Below are positions 24,468-38,049 of a stretch of 64,000 nt of DNA, piece after piece. The position numbers and the translations under genes were made by a program. Every line of letters begins with the position of its first letter. Within the stretch, counting starts at the first letter, position 1. The notes beneath the pieces are model-generated. The model saw only the letters and a list, made by a program, of their open reading frames with translations. It ran no database searches and was not told the origin of the DNA. Source of the DNA: Escherichia coli (GTDB taxonomy: Bacteria; Pseudomonadota; Gammaproteobacteria; Enterobacterales; Enterobacteriaceae); the NCBI RefSeq assembly GCF_003334815.1, contig NZ_QOWO01000002.1; one strand, given 5' to 3'.

Positions 24468-26912
24468 ATGAAAACGAAAATCCCTGATGCGGTATTGGCT
24501 GCTGAGGTGAGTCGCCGTGGTTTGGTAAAAACGACAGCGATCGGCGGCCTGGCAATGGCCAGCAGCGCATTAACATTACCTTTTAGTCGGATTGCGCACG
24601 CTGTCGATAGCGCCATTCCAACAAAATCAGACGAAAAGGTTATCTGGAGCGCCTGTACAGTTAACTGTGGTAGTCGCTGCCCGCTACGTATGCACGTCGT
24701 GGACGGTGAAATCAAATATGTCGAAACGGACAATACCGGCGATGACAATTACGACGGCCTGCACCAGGTTCGCGCCTGCCTGCGTGGGCGTTCCATGCGT
24801 CGCCGTGTCTACAATCCGGACCGCCTGAAATATCCGATGAAACGAGTCGGGGCGCGCGGTGAAGGCAAATTCGAGCGCATTAGCTGGGAAGAAGCCTACG
24901 ACATCATCGCGACCAATATGCAGCGCCTGATCAAAGAGTACGGCAACGAGTCTATCTATCTGAACTATGGCACCGGTACGCTGGGCGGCACCATGACCCG
25001 CTCCTGGCCGCCGGGAAATACCCTGGTCGCGCGGCTGATGAACTGCTGCGGCGGCTATCTGAACCATTACGGCGACTACTCCTCCGCGCAAATTGCGGAA
25101 GGTTTGAACTATACCTACGGCGGCTGGGCAGATGGCAACAGCCCGTCGGATATCGAAAACAGTAAGCTGGTAGTGCTGTTTGGTAATAACCCTGGCGAAA
25201 CGCGAATGAGTGGCGGTGGGGTGACTTACTATCTTGAACAGGCACGCCAGAAATCTAATGCCCGCATGATCATCATCGATCCGCGCTATACCGACACCGG
25301 TGCCGGGCGCGAAGATGAGTGGATCCCTATTCGTCCGGGAACAGATGCCGCACTGGTTAACGGTCTGGCGTACGTCATGATCACTGAAAACCTGGTGGAT
25401 CAGGCATTCCTCGATAAATATTGCGTTGGCTACGATGAGAAAACCCTGCCAGCCAGTGCGCCGAAAAATGGCCACTATAAAGCTTATATTCTGGGTGAAG
25501 GGCCAGATGGCGTGGCTAAAACGCCGGAATGGGCCTCGCAAATCACTGGTGTTCCGGCAGACAAAATCATCAAATTGGCTCGTGAAATCGGTAGTACCAA
25601 ACCGGCGTTTATCAGCCAGGGATGGGGCCCGCAGCGTCACGCTAACGGTGAAATCGCAACCCGTGCTATCTCGATGCTGGCGATTCTGACCGGTAACGTT
25701 GGTATTAACGGAGGCAACAGCGGCGCGCGTGAAGGTTCATACAGCTTACCGTTTGTCCGTATGCCGACCTTGGAAAACCCGATCCAGACCAGCATTTCGA
25801 TGTTTATGTGGACCGATGCCATTGAACGTGGCCCGGAAATGACGGCGCTGCGTGATGGTGTACGCGGGAAAGATAAGCTGGATGTGCCGATCAAAATGAT
25901 CTGGAACTATGCCGGTAACTGCCTGATTAACCAGCATTCTGAAATCAACCGTACCCATGAAATCCTTCAGGATGATAAGAAGTGCGAGCTGATTGTGGTT
26001 ATCGACTGCCACATGACCTCATCGGCGAAATATGCTGACATCCTGCTGCCTGACTGCACCGCTTCCGAACAGATGGACTTTGCGCTGGATGCATCCTGCG
26101 GGAATATGTCTTACGTGATTTTCAACGATCAGGTGATTAAACCGCGCTTTGAATGTAAGACCATCTATGAAATGACCAGCGAACTGGCAAAACGTCTTGG
26201 CGTTGAGCAACAGTTTACTGAAGGCCGTACCCAGGAAGAGTGGATGCGGCATCTGTATGCCCAGTCGCGGGAAGCGATTCCTGAACTGCCAACGTTTGAA
26301 GAGTTCCGCAAGCAGGGGATCTTTAAAAAGCGCGACCCACAAGGGCATCACGTTGCTTATAAAGCCTTCCGTGAAGATCCGCAGGCAAACCCACTGACTA
26401 CGCCATCGGGCAAAATTGAGATTTATTCGCAGGCGCTGGCTGACATTGCCGCTACCTGGGAATTGCCTGAAGGCGATGTGATCGATCCACTGCCGATCTA
26501 CACGCCGGGCTTTGAAAGTTATCAGGATCCGCTGAACAAACAGTATCCGCTGCAGCTTACAGGTTTCCACTATAAATCTCGCGTTCACTCAACTTACGGC
26601 AACGTTGATGTGCTGAAAGCGGCTTGCCGTCAGGAAATGTGGATCAACCCGCTTGATGCCCAAAAACGCGGTATCCACAACGGCGATAAAGTCAGGATCT
26701 TTAACGATCGTGGTGAGGTTCATATTGAGGCGAAAGTGACGCCACGAATGATGCCGGGTGTGGTCGCACTGGGTGAAGGTGCCTGGTATGACCCGGATGC
26801 AAAACGTGTCGATAAGGGTGGTTGTATTAACGTACTGACCACTCAACGTCCGTCTCCTCTCGCTAAGGGGAATCCGTCACATACAAACCTTGTTCAGGTT
26901 GAAAAGGTGTAA
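24468..26912 (+). CDS. dmsA: Anaerobic DMSO reductase catalytic subunit DmsA (molybdopterin; Tat signal)
   Basis: 814-aa ORF; twin-arginine signal SRRGLVKTTAIGGLAMA; Cys cluster CTVNCGSRC. Confidence 0.95.
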   Translation: MKTKIPDAVLAAEVSRRGLVKTTAIGGLAMASSALTLPFSRIAHAVDSAIPTKSDEKVIWSACTVNCGSRCPLRMHVVDGEIKYVETDNTGDDNYDGLHQVRACLRGRSMRRRVYNPDRLKYPMKRVGARGEGKFERISWEEAYDIIATNMQRLIKEYGNESIYLNYGTGTLGGTMTRSWPPGNTLVARLMNCCGGYLNHYGDYSSAQIAEGLNYTYGGWADGNSPSDIENSKLVVLFGNNPGETRMSGGGVTYYLEQARQKSNARMIIIDPRYTDTGAGREDEWIPIRPGTDAALVNGLAYVMITENLVDQAFLDKYCVGYDEKTLPASAPKNGHYKAYILGEGPDGVAKTPEWASQITGVPADKIIKLAREIGSTKPAFISQGWGPQRHANGEIATRAISMLAILTGNVGINGGNSGAREGSYSLPFVRMPTLENPIQTSISMFMWTDAIERGPEMTALRDGVRGKDKLDVPIKMIWNYAGNCLINQHSEINRTHEILQDDKKCELIVVIDCHMTSSAKYADILLPDCTASEQMDFALDASCGNMSYVIFNDQVIKPRFECKTIYEMTSELAKRLGVEQQFTEGRTQEEWMRHLYAQSREAIPELPTFEEFRKQGIFKKRDPQGHHVAYKAFREDPQANPLTTPSGKIEIYSQALADIAATWELPEGDVIDPLPIYTPGFESYQDPLNKQYPLQLTGFHYKSRVHSTYGNVDVLKAACRQEMWINPLDAQKRGIHNGDKVRIFNDRGEVHIEAKVTPRMMPGVVALGEGAWYDPDAKRVDKGGCINVLTTQRPSPLAKGNPSHTNLVQVEKV

Positions 26913-26922
26913 GGAGTAACCG

Positions 26923-27540
26923 ATGACAACCCAGTATGGATTTTTTATTGATTCCAGCCGTTGCACCGGTTGCAAAACCTGCGAGCTGGCCTGTAAAGAC
27001 TACAAAGATTTGACGCCAGAAGTCAGCTTCCGCCGCATTTATGAATATGCTGGCGGCGACTGGCAGGAAGATAACGGTGTCTGGCACCAGAACGTGTTTG
27101 CCTACTATCTGTCGATTTCATGTAACCACTGCGAAGATCCGGCTTGTACTAAAGTCTGCCCGAGCGGTGCGATGCATAAACGTGAAGATGGTTTTGTTGT
27201 GGTCGATGAAGATGTGTGCATTGGCTGCCGCTACTGCCATATGGCTTGCCCGTATGGCGCACCGCAATATAACGAAACGAAAGGCCATATGACCAAATGC
27301 GATGGTTGTTATGACCGTGTTGCGGAGGGTAAAAAGCCGATCTGTGTTGAATCTTGTCCGCTGCGGGCGCTGGATTTCGGCCCTATCGACGAGCTGCGTA
27401 AAAAACATGGCGATCTGGCGGCCGTTGCGCCGTTGCCGCGAGCTCACTTTACCAAACCGAATATTGTGATCAAACCCAATGCCAATAGCCGCCCGACCGG
27501 GGATACCACTGGCTATCTGGCAAACCCGAAGGAGGTGTGA
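26923..27540 (+). CDS. dmsB: DMSO reductase iron-sulfur subunit DmsB
   Basis: 205-aa ORF with four ferredoxin-type Cys clusters. Confidence 0.95.
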   Translation: MTTQYGFFIDSSRCTGCKTCELACKDYKDLTPEVSFRRIYEYAGGDWQEDNGVWHQNVFAYYLSISCNHCEDPACTKVCPSGAMHKREDGFVVVDEDVCIGCRYCHMACPYGAPQYNETKGHMTKCDGCYDRVAEGKKPICVESCPLRALDFGPIDELRKKHGDLAAVAPLPRAHFTKPNIVIKPNANSRPTGDTTGYLANPKEV

Positions 27541-27541
27541 G

Positions 27542-28405
27542 ATGGGAAGTGGATGGCATGAATGGCCGCTGATGATCTTCACGGTCTTCGGGCAATGTGT
27601 AGCAGGTGGTTTTATCGTTCTGGCTTTGGCGCTGCTCAAAGGCGACCTGCGAGCAGAAGCCCAGCAGCGTGTTATCGCCTGCATGTTTGGTTTATGGGTG
27701 CTGATGGGCATTGGCTTTATCGCCTCTATGCTCCATCTTGGTTCACCAATGCGCGCTTTTAACTCGCTCAACCGGGTAGGGGCTTCAGCACTCAGTAACG
27801 AAATCGCCAGCGGTTCGATCTTTTTTGCCGTAGGCGGCATCGGCTGGTTGCTGGCAATGCTGAAAAAGCTGTCACCGGCATTGCGTACGCTGTGGCTGAT
27901 AGTGACGATGGTTCTTGGCGTCATCTTTGTCTGGATGATGGTGCGTGTGTATAACAGCATTGATACCGTTCCGACCTGGTACAGCATCTGGACGCCGATG
28001 GGCTTCTTCCTGACGATGTTTATGGGCGGCCCGTTACTGGGTTACCTGTTGTTGAGTCTGGCTGGCGTCGATGGCTGGGCGATGCGTCTGCTGCCAGCAA
28101 TTTCTGTACTGGCACTGGTAGTGAGTGGCGTGGTGTCAGTGATGCAGGGCGCAGAGCTGGCGACTATTCATAGTTCTGTGCAGCAGGCCGCAGCGCTGGT
28201 GCCGGACTATGGTGCGCTGATGTCCTGGCGGATCGTGCTTTTGGCCGTTGCCCTGTGCTTGTGGATTGCACCACAGCTAAAAGGTTATCAGCCTGCGGTT
28301 CCGCTACTTTCTGTATCATTCATTCTGCTTCTGGCAGGGGAATTAATCGGTCGCGGCGTATTCTATGGTTTGCATATGACCGTGGGGATGGCCGTCGCAA
28401 GCTAA
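27542..28405 (+). CDS. dmsC: DMSO reductase membrane anchor subunit DmsC
   Basis: ORF 27479..28405; start placed at MGSGWHEWPLMIFTVF (287 aa); polytopic membrane protein. Confidence 0.9.
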   Translation: MGSGWHEWPLMIFTVFGQCVAGGFIVLALALLKGDLRAEAQQRVIACMFGLWVLMGIGFIASMLHLGSPMRAFNSLNRVGASALSNEIASGSIFFAVGGIGWLLAMLKKLSPALRTLWLIVTMVLGVIFVWMMVRVYNSIDTVPTWYSIWTPMGFFLTMFMGGPLLGYLLLSLAGVDGWAMRLLPAISVLALVVSGVVSVMQGAELATIHSSVQQAAALVPDYGALMSWRIVLLAVALCLWIAPQLKGYQPAVPLLSVSFILLLAGELIGRGVFYGLHMTVGMAVAS

Positions 28406-28412
28406 TCATAAC

Positions 28413-28434
28413 AACCGGGGTTTCGGCCCCGGTT
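28413..28434. terminator. Bidirectional terminator between dmsC and ycaC
   Basis: Perfect hairpin aaccgggg-tttcgg-ccccggtt followed by CTCTTTTATTT. Confidence 0.55.
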
Positions 28435-28439
28435 CTCTT

Positions 28440-29066
28440 TTATTTCTGCTTCGTTAACGTGTCATAACTGGTCATCAAATTACGATAATCAGGAATGTGG
28501 TTAGAGAACAACGTCGCCAGTCCTTCAATATCATTACGCCAGTCGCGATGCAGCTCGCACGCCACGCCGAACCATGTCATCAATTGCGCACCAGCTTGCG
28601 ACAAGCGATCCCATGCCGAATGCCGGGTAATTTCATTAAAGGTCCCTGACGCGTCAGTCACGACAAAGACGTCAAACCCTTCTTCAATGGCTGAAAGCGC
28701 CGGGAATGCCACGCAAACTTCGGTTACCACACCGGCAATAATTAACTGTTTTTTACCTGTCGCTTTGACAGCTTTTACAAAATCTTCGTTATCCCAGGCG
28801 TTAATATTTCCCGGGCGAGCAATGTAAGGTGTATCGGGGAATTGTGCTTTCAGTTCTGGAACTAATGGGCCGTTAGGACCGGTTTCAAAACTGGTGGTAA
28901 GAATAGTTGGTAAGTTGAAATACTTAGCCAGGTCACCCAGCGCCAGCACGTTATTTTTAAACTTATCGGGTTCGATATCCCGTACAAGGGAAAGTAAACC
29001 AGCCTGGTGATCAACAAGCAAAACGGCAGCATCATTTTTATCAAGACGAACATACGGTTTGGTCAT
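28440..29066 (-). CDS. ycaC: Isochorismatase-family hydrolase YcaC
   Basis: 208-aa ORF recognised as YcaC. Confidence 0.88.
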   Translation of the reverse strand: MTKPYVRLDKNDAAVLLVDHQAGLLSLVRDIEPDKFKNNVLALGDLAKYFNLPTILTTSFETGPNGPLVPELKAQFPDTPYIARPGNINAWDNEDFVKAVKATGKKQLIIAGVVTEVCVAFPALSAIEEGFDVFVVTDASGTFNEITRHSAWDRLSQAGAQLMTWFGVACELHRDWRNDIEGLATLFSNHIPDYRNLMTSYDTLTKQK

Positions 29067-29379
29067 CCTCTTCTCCTTTCGAGAGTCAGTGGTACGTCTG
29101 AAATCGATCAGACGCGATGCATTGCTCTGAAAGCATAGACGGGAAATATGAGTTTGCTGTGACCATGAAATTTTTCGACTGAACGAAGCGTATGAAATTT
29201 GTGTTAGTTCAATAAAAACAATCAGATGAGACTAATCATCTCTTCAGCATTAGCGTTATGAATGAGTAATATAAATCGATAATACCGCCGCTGGGATATC
29301 GCGTATTTTCACCCATTGACAATGTTTTTGGCGGTGGCATGATGCGCATGAAATTTGAACTTCCTCACGGTTTTAATTC

Positions 29380-30528
29380 ATGTCCACGTATACCCAGCCT
29401 GTCATGCTTTTGCTGTCTGGCCTGCTTTTGTTGACTCTGGCGATTGCGGTGTTAAATACACTCGTGCCGCTTTGGCTCGCCCAGGAACACATGTCCACAT
29501 GGCAGGTAGGCGTTGTCAGCTCATCCTATTTTACCGGCAACCTTGTCGGTACATTGCTGACAGGGTATGTCATTAAGCGCATTGGCTTTAACCGCAGCTA
29601 TTATCTGGCCTCCTTCATTTTTGCCGCTGGCTGTGCCGGCCTTGGCCTGATGATTGGATTCTGGAGCTGGTTGGCTTGGCGTTTTGTCGCGGGCGTCGGC
29701 TGTGCCATGATTTGGGTGGTTGTTGAGAGCGCGCTGATGTGCAGTGGGACGTCACGTAACCGTGGGCGTTTGCTTGCTGCGTATATGATGGTTTATTACG
29801 TGGGAACGTTTTTAGGCCAGTTACTGGTCAGCAAAGTTTCAACCGAGCTGATGTCCGTATTGCCGTGGGTTACAGGTTTGACGTTGGCAGGGATCTTACC
29901 GCTGTTGTTTACGCGTGTGCTGAATCAGCAGGCTGAAAACCATGATTCGACGTCAATTACGTCAATGCTAAAACTCCGTCAGGCGCGGCTTGGCGTGAAT
30001 GGCTGCATTATCTCAGGAATCGTTCTGGGATCTCTATATGGCCTGATGCCGCTGTACCTCAATCACAAAGGGGTGAGCAATGCCAGCATTGGTTTCTGGA
30101 TGGCGGTACTGGTCAGTGCGGGTATCCTTGGACAATGGCCGATTGGACGTCTGGCGGATAAGTTTGGTCGACTGCTGGTGTTGCGTGTTCAGGTCTTTGT
30201 CGTCATTCTCGGCAGTATCGCGATGCTTAGCCAGGCGGCGATGGCCCCAGCGTTATTCATCCTCGGTGCCGCTGGCTTTACGCTATATCCGGTGGCGATG
30301 GCATGGGCTTGCGAGAAAGTTGAACATCATCAACTGGTGGCGATGAACCAGGCCTTACTGTTGAGCTATACTGTGGGAAGTCTGCTTGGCCCGTCATTTA
30401 CCGCTATGCTAATGCAGAATTTCTCCGATAATTTATTGTTTATCATGATCGCCAGCGTATCGTTTATCTATTTGCTGATGCTGCTGCGCAACGCCGGTCA
30501 TACGCCGAAACCCGTTGCTCACGTGTAA
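29380..30528 (+). CDS. ycaD: MFS transporter YcaD
   Basis: 382-aa hydrophobic ORF, 12-TM MFS pattern. Confidence 0.88.
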   Translation: MSTYTQPVMLLLSGLLLLTLAIAVLNTLVPLWLAQEHMSTWQVGVVSSSYFTGNLVGTLLTGYVIKRIGFNRSYYLASFIFAAGCAGLGLMIGFWSWLAWRFVAGVGCAMIWVVVESALMCSGTSRNRGRLLAAYMMVYYVGTFLGQLLVSKVSTELMSVLPWVTGLTLAGILPLLFTRVLNQQAENHDSTSITSMLKLRQARLGVNGCIISGIVLGSLYGLMPLYLNHKGVSNASIGFWMAVLVSAGILGQWPIGRLADKFGRLLVLRVQVFVVILGSIAMLSQAAMAPALFILGAAGFTLYPVAMAWACEKVEHHQLVAMNQALLLSYTVGSLLGPSFTAMLMQNFSDNLLFIMIASVSFIYLLMLLRNAGHTPKPVAHV

Positions 30529-30737
30529 ATGAATTCAAGCAGAGTGTGAACTTACTGTTTCACACTCTGCTTTTTTGTTTCTTCTATCTGACTTGCTTTA
30601 TTCCAAATTTTATTCGTTTAAAAATAAAATGTGCAGCAGGTTATAATTTTGCATTTCGCTATTTCCGCACTTCTTATTTGCCGCGCATAATCCCTCGTTT
30701 TACAGATGCCCCTTTAATTTTGGCGAAGGATTTGTCT

Positions 30738-32168
30738 ATGGCTGGGAATGTTCAGGAAAAACAGTTGCGATGGTACAACATTGCGCTGATGTCTTTTATC
30801 ACTGTCTGGGGTTTTGGCAACGTTGTTAATAACTATGCCAACCAGGGGCTGGTGGTTGTTTTTTCATGGGTGTTTATCTTTGCACTCTATTTCACACCTT
30901 ATGCGCTAATTGTTGGTCAGTTAGGCTCGACCTTCAAAGATGGGAAGGGCGGGGTCAGTACCTGGATTAAACACACGATGGGACCCGGACTGGCTTATCT
31001 CGCCGCGTGGACCTACTGGGTGGTGCATATTCCCTATCTGGCACAAAAACCCCAGGCAATTCTGATTGCGCTCGGTTGGGCGATGAAAGGCGACGGTTCG
31101 CTAATCAAAGAATATTCAGTCGTAGCGTTACAGGGGTTAACGCTGGTGCTGTTTATCTTCTTTATGTGGGTTGCTTCACGCGGTATGAAATCGCTGAAAA
31201 TCGTCGGTTCTGTGGCAGGGATTGCTATGTTTGTTATGTCGCTCCTGTATGTGGCGATGGCGGTAACCGCGCCTGCAATTACTGAAGTGCATATTGCGAC
31301 CACAAACATTACCTGGGAAACGTTCATTCCTCATATCGACTTTACCTACATTACCACTATTTCAATGCTGGTTTTCGCGGTTGGCGGAGCAGAGAAGATT
31401 TCTCCTTACGTTAATCAAACGCGCAACCCAGGAAAAGAATTTCCAAAAGGGATGTTATGCCTGGCGGTGATGGTTGCGGTTTGTGCCATTCTGGGCTCGC
31501 TGGCGATGGGGATGATGTTTGATTCGCGTAATATCCCGGATGACTTAATGACCAACGGTCAGTATTACGCCTTTCAGAAGCTGGGCGAGTATTACAACAT
31601 GGGTAATACTTTAATGGTGATTTACGCCATTGCGAATACCCTGGGACAAGTAGCGGCGCTGGTATTCTCGATTGATGCCCCGCTTAAAGTGCTATTAGGT
31701 GATGCTGACAGCAAATATATTCCAGCCAGTTTATGTCGTACCAACGCTTCTGGTACGCCCGTTAATGGCTATTTTCTGACCCTGGTACTGGTGGCGATTC
31801 TGATTATGCTGCCGACTCTCGGCATTGGTGATATGAACAATCTCTATAAATGGCTGTTGAACCTTAATTCGGTAGTGATGCCGCTGCGTTATTTATGGGT
31901 ATTTGTTGCATTTATTGCAGTCGTTCGCTTGGCGCAGAAATATAAACCAGAATATGTCTTTATTCGTAATAAGCCTCTGGCAATGACCGTCGGGATTTGG
32001 TGTTTTGCCTTTACCGCCTTTGCCTGTTTGACGGGGATCTTCCCGAAAATGGAAGCCTTCACTGCAGAGTGGACCTTCCAGTTGGCGCTGAATGTTGCAA
32101 CGCCGTTTGTGCTGGTAGGATTAGGACTGATATTCCCGCTGCTGGCGCGTAAAGCGAATAGTAAATAA
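30738..32168 (+). CDS. ycaM: APC-family amino acid transporter YcaM
   Basis: ORF 30546..32168; start placed at MAGNVQEKQLRWYNIALMSF (476 aa). Confidence 0.85.
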   Translation: MAGNVQEKQLRWYNIALMSFITVWGFGNVVNNYANQGLVVVFSWVFIFALYFTPYALIVGQLGSTFKDGKGGVSTWIKHTMGPGLAYLAAWTYWVVHIPYLAQKPQAILIALGWAMKGDGSLIKEYSVVALQGLTLVLFIFFMWVASRGMKSLKIVGSVAGIAMFVMSLLYVAMAVTAPAITEVHIATTNITWETFIPHIDFTYITTISMLVFAVGGAEKISPYVNQTRNPGKEFPKGMLCLAVMVAVCAILGSLAMGMMFDSRNIPDDLMTNGQYYAFQKLGEYYNMGNTLMVIYAIANTLGQVAALVFSIDAPLKVLLGDADSKYIPASLCRTNASGTPVNGYFLTLVLVAILIMLPTLGIGDMNNLYKWLLNLNSVVMPLRYLWVFVAFIAVVRLAQKYKPEYVFIRNKPLAMTVGIWCFAFTAFACLTGIFPKMEAFTAEWTFQLALNVATPFVLVGLGLIFPLLARKANSK

Positions 32169-33077
32169 TTATTGTGGTCGGTGACGCTGACTCTGGCAGA
32201 TCTGACCCGTTTTTACATAATCGAGAAATGCGCGCAAGCCGCAGGACATATACTGGCGGTTTGGATAATAGATCTGGAAGCCTGGACGCTCTGTGCTCCA
32301 GTCTTCCAGTACACATTCTAAACGACCAGTATCAAGGTACTCCTTGATCTGTTCATAGAGCAGATACCCGATACCAGCACCCATCAAAACGGCCTCCAGT
32401 TCAGCATCAACATCATCCAGAATGATATTTCCTGCGACAGCAATTTCCAGCTCCTTTGCAAATTGCCAGTGGAAAGGTTTGCCGCTGGGATAACGAAAAA
32501 CAACACATTGATGATTAAGCAGATCATGAGGATGGCGGGGTTTGCCATATCTTGCAAAGTACTCTGGCGTTGCTGCTACACATAATTTCACTGGCGGGCC
32601 GATCGCCACGCTGATCATATCTTTTTCGACGATGCAACTAAGTCGAACGCCAGCGTCAAAGCCCTGTTGGACGATATCGACAAGAGAGTCGTCAGTTGTG
32701 AGCTCGACTTTAATATCAGGATATTCACGTGTGAAACCAACCAGTAAAGACATTAAAAATATACGTGCAGCTACCCGGGCGGCATTGATTTTGAGCGTTC
32801 CTGTCGGTGTCAGACGAAAATCATTCATCTCATCTAACATGATCTGAATTTCGTCGAAAGCTGGGCGCAATCGTTCATAGAGATTAGAACCCGCTTCCGT
32901 TAACGATACGCTTCGGGTTGTCCGATTGAATAAGCGAATTTTAAGACGTTGTTCCAGTGTTTTAATACTATGGCTAATGGCGGACGAGGATAAGCCTAAC
33001 TCATCGCCCGCTGCACGAAAGCTTTGATTACGGGCCACGGCAAAGAAAGTGGCAAAGTCAGACATATTCATCCGCAT
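32169..33077 (-). CDS. ycaN: LysR-family transcriptional regulator YcaN
   Basis: 302-aa ORF; N-terminal HTH MSDFATFFAVARNQSFRAAGDELGLSSSAISHSIKTLE; divergent from ycaK. Confidence 0.88.
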   Translation of the reverse strand: MRMNMSDFATFFAVARNQSFRAAGDELGLSSSAISHSIKTLEQRLKIRLFNRTTRSVSLTEAGSNLYERLRPAFDEIQIMLDEMNDFRLTPTGTLKINAARVAARIFLMSLLVGFTREYPDIKVELTTDDSLVDIVQQGFDAGVRLSCIVEKDMISVAIGPPVKLCVAATPEYFARYGKPRHPHDLLNHQCVVFRYPSGKPFHWQFAKELEIAVAGNIILDDVDAELEAVLMGAGIGYLLYEQIKEYLDTGRLECVLEDWSTERPGFQIYYPNRQYMSCGLRAFLDYVKTGQICQSQRHRPQ

Positions 33078-33176
33078 TAGTGAAAATCCTTCATTAACTC
33101 ATCCTGAATCATCACGTTTACAGGATTATGCCGCCTGCGTAAAGTGCGCTCCAGAACTTAACGTGGAGGTAAAATT

Positions 33177-33767
33177 ATGCAGTCTGAACGTATTTATTTG
33201 GTATGGGCCCATCCTCGTCATGATTCATTGACCGCACATATTGCTGATGCGATCCATCAGCGGGCAATGGAGCGGAAAATACAGGTGACGGAACTCGATT
33301 TATATCGGCGTAATTTCAACCCAGTGATGACGCCGGAAGATGAACCAGACTGGAAGAATATGGATAAACGTTATTCTCCAGAGGTTCATCAGCTTTATTC
33401 AGAGCTGCTTGAACATGACACGTTAGTGGTGGTTTTTCCTCTCTGGTGGTACAGCTTCCCGGCAATGCTAAAAGGATATATTGACAGAGTATGGAATAAT
33501 GGGCTGGCTTATGGAGATGGGCACAAATTACCATTCAATAAAGTTCGTTGGGTGGCGCTGGTTGGAGGAGACAAAGAATCATTTGTCCAGATGGGCTGGG
33601 AAAAAAATATAAGCGATTATTTAAAAAATATGTGCAGTTATCTTGGTATTGAAGATGCCGATGTCACTTTCTTGTGTAATACAGTGGTATTCGATGGGGA
33701 AGAACTTCACGCGAGCTATTATCAGTCGTTATTATCTCAGGTACGGGATATGGTAGATGCACTATAA
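33177..33767 (+). CDS. ycaK: Flavodoxin-like NAD(P)H oxidoreductase YcaK
   Basis: 196-aa ORF recognised as YcaK. Confidence 0.85.
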   Translation: MQSERIYLVWAHPRHDSLTAHIADAIHQRAMERKIQVTELDLYRRNFNPVMTPEDEPDWKNMDKRYSPEVHQLYSELLEHDTLVVVFPLWWYSFPAMLKGYIDRVWNNGLAYGDGHKLPFNKVRWVALVGGDKESFVQMGWEKNISDYLKNMCSYLGIEDADVTFLCNTVVFDGEELHASYYQSLLSQVRDMVDAL

Positions 33768-33806
33768 GATGTGTTAAAAACGCTGTAGCAGAATGAAGCG
33801 CGGAAT

Positions 33807-33840
33807 AAAAAAGCGGCAACTCAATAAAGTTGCCGCTTTA
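33807..33840. terminator. Bidirectional terminator between ycaK and pflA
   Basis: aaaaaagcggcaac-tcaataaa-gttgccgcttt hairpin with flanking A/T runs. Confidence 0.55.
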
Positions 33841-33848
33841 CGGGGAAA

Positions 33849-34589
33849 TTAGAACATTACCTTATGACCGTACTGCTCAAGAATGCCTTTCACGCGTTCC
33901 ATGGTCTCTTTCTTCGGTGGTTTAACACCGTCGAGTTTGTACTCTTCACCCATTGCCACCCATTTGTGTTTGCCCAGCTCGTGGTAGGGGAGAAGCTCGA
34001 TTTTCTCAACGTTGCCCATATCACGGGTAAATTCACCGAGGCGATGCGCTGAATCGTCATCGTCAGACCAGCCTGGGACAACAACGTAGCGGATCCACAC
34101 CTTCACATTTTTGTTCGCCAGATATTTAGCGAACTCCAGCGTGCGGTGGTTGGAAACTCCAACCAGATTTTGGTGGATCTCGTCGTTCATCTGTTTGAGA
34201 TCGAGCATTACCAGGTCGGTTACTTCCAGCAGTTCATCAATCACCGGATCGTAACGACGAACAAAACCGTTGGTGTCCAGACAGGTATGAATGCCTTCTT
34301 TTTTGCAGGCGCGGAACCAGTCACGAACAAACTCAGCTTGCAGGATTGCTTCACCGCCGGATGCGGTAACGCCGCCGCCGGAAGCGTTCATAAAGTGGCG
34401 ATAGGTCACCACTTCCTTCATCAAATCTTCAACGGTAACTTCTTTACCGCCATGCGTGTCCCAGGTGTCGCGGTTATGACAATACAGGCAGCGCATCAGG
34501 CAGCCCTGGAAAAAGGTGATAAAGCGAATACCTGGGCCGTCTACGGTTCCACAGGATTCAAAGGAGTGAATGCGACCAATAACTGACAT
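33849..34589 (-). CDS. pflA: Pyruvate formate-lyase activating enzyme (radical SAM)
   Basis: ORF 33849..34616; start placed at [20 protein letters not shown] (246 aa); CxxxCxxC radical-SAM motif. Confidence 0.95.
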   Translation of the reverse strand: MSVIGRIHSFESCGTVDGPGIRFITFFQGCLMRCLYCHNRDTWDTHGGKEVTVEDLMKEVVTYRHFMNASGGGVTASGGEAILQAEFVRDWFRACKKEGIHTCLDTNGFVRRYDPVIDELLEVTDLVMLDLKQMNDEIHQNLVGVSNHRTLEFAKYLANKNVKVWIRYVVVPGWSDDDDSAHRLGEFTRDMGNVEKIELLPYHELGKHKWVAMGEEYKLDGVKPPKKETMERVKGILEQYGHKVMF

Positions 34590-34711
34590 TGCGGTGTTTC
34601 TCCAGATGTGGCCCATCTGAGGCCGTGTTGGTGCGCAGCTCGAAGGCTACGTCGAGTCTGTTTTGGCAGTCACCTTAAAGTATAGATAGCTGACAAAAAA
34701 GGCTCTCGCGC

Positions 34712-34740
34712 TAAAAAAGGCCCCACTTTCGTGGAGCCTT
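34712..34740 (-). terminator. Probable Rho-independent terminator of pflB
   Basis: Minus-strand hairpin ggctccac-gaaa-gtggggcc followed by TTTTTT. Confidence 0.5.
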
Positions 34741-34780
34741 TATTGTACGCTTTTTACTGTACGATTTCAGTCAAATCTAA

Positions 34781-37063
<2,283 letters not shown>

Positions 37064-37117
37064 GTAACACCTACCTTCTTAAGTGGATTTTTTATTTACT
37101 GCGTACTTCGACAACCA

Positions 37118-37975
37118 TTAATGGTGGTCGTTTTCACGCAGGTAAATGACCCAGTATGTCAACCCAACCAACAAACCACCACCGATAATGTTGCCGATCG
37201 TAACCGGAATCAGGTTATCAGTGATGAAATTCATCACGGTCAGGTGAGAAAAATTTTCCGGTGCAGAACCGACTGCGGTCCAAAATTCCGGGGATGCGAA
37301 GTCGCGGATTACAATACCCATCGGGATCATAAACATGTTTGCGATACTGTGCTCAAAACCGCTGGCAACAAACATCGCGACCGGCAGCACCATAATGAAC
37401 GCTTTGTCCATCAGGCTGCGGCCAGAATAACTCATCCATACTGCCAGACATACCATCAGGTTTGCCAGGATACCAAGACAGACGGCCTCAATAAAAGTAT
37501 GGTGCACTTTGTGGTCGGCGGTTTGTAGGACGTTTAGTCCCCATTGACCATTTGCGGTCATATACTCGCCGGAAAGCCACATTAAAAGTACAAACAGCAG
37601 TGCGCCGACCAGGTTGCCAAAATAGACATTTAGCCAGTTTTTCGCCAACTGACCCCAGGTGATGCGCCCACTCGCCTTAGCAACAACAATCAACACGGTG
37701 GAAGTAAAGAGATCGGCTCCGCAGACAACACAAAGAATCAGCCCCAGAGAGAAGCAAATGCCGCCAACCAGTTTTGCCATGCCGAAGGGCATTGTGCCTG
37801 TGCCAGTGGTTGCTGTGATATAGAAGACGAATGCGATTGAGATGAAAACACCGGCGGTAATCGCCAGATAGAAAGTCTTAAGCGGATGTTTCGTTGCTTT
37901 ATAGACACCCGCCTCTTCGGCCACTTTGGCCATTGCAGCAGGAAGTAAAAGATCAAAAGGGTTGTCAGCTTTCAC
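37118..37975 (-). CDS. focA: Formate channel FocA
   Basis: ORF 37118..38149; start placed at GTG giving MKADNPFDLLLPAAMAKVAEEAG (285 aa). Confidence 0.9.
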   Translation of the reverse strand: MKADNPFDLLLPAAMAKVAEEAGVYKATKHPLKTFYLAITAGVFISIAFVFYITATTGTGTMPFGMAKLVGGICFSLGLILCVVCGADLFTSTVLIVVAKASGRITWGQLAKNWLNVYFGNLVGALLFVLLMWLSGEYMTANGQWGLNVLQTADHKVHHTFIEAVCLGILANLMVCLAVWMSYSGRSLMDKAFIMVLPVAMFVASGFEHSIANMFMIPMGIVIRDFASPEFWTAVGSAPENFSHLTVMNFITDNLIPVTIGNIIGGGLLVGLTYWVIYLRENDHH

Positions 37976-38035
37976 ACTAACTCTCTCTTTATTAAGTCGG
38001 CGACGAGATACTAACAAAGCATTATAGATGAGAAA

Positions 38036-38049
38036 TTGATATAGATCAT
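38036..38049. promoter_or_regulatory. FNR-type site (TTGAT-N4-ATCAT) upstream of focA-pflB
   Basis: ttgatatagatcat is a 9/10 match to the FNR/CRP-family consensus TTGAT-N4-ATCAA, about 60 bp upstream of focA start. Confidence 0.45.

Noticed and set aside
24684-25640. 318-aa minus-strand ORF inside dmsA
   Set aside because: Antisense to the well-supported DmsA frame; no start context or domain signal.
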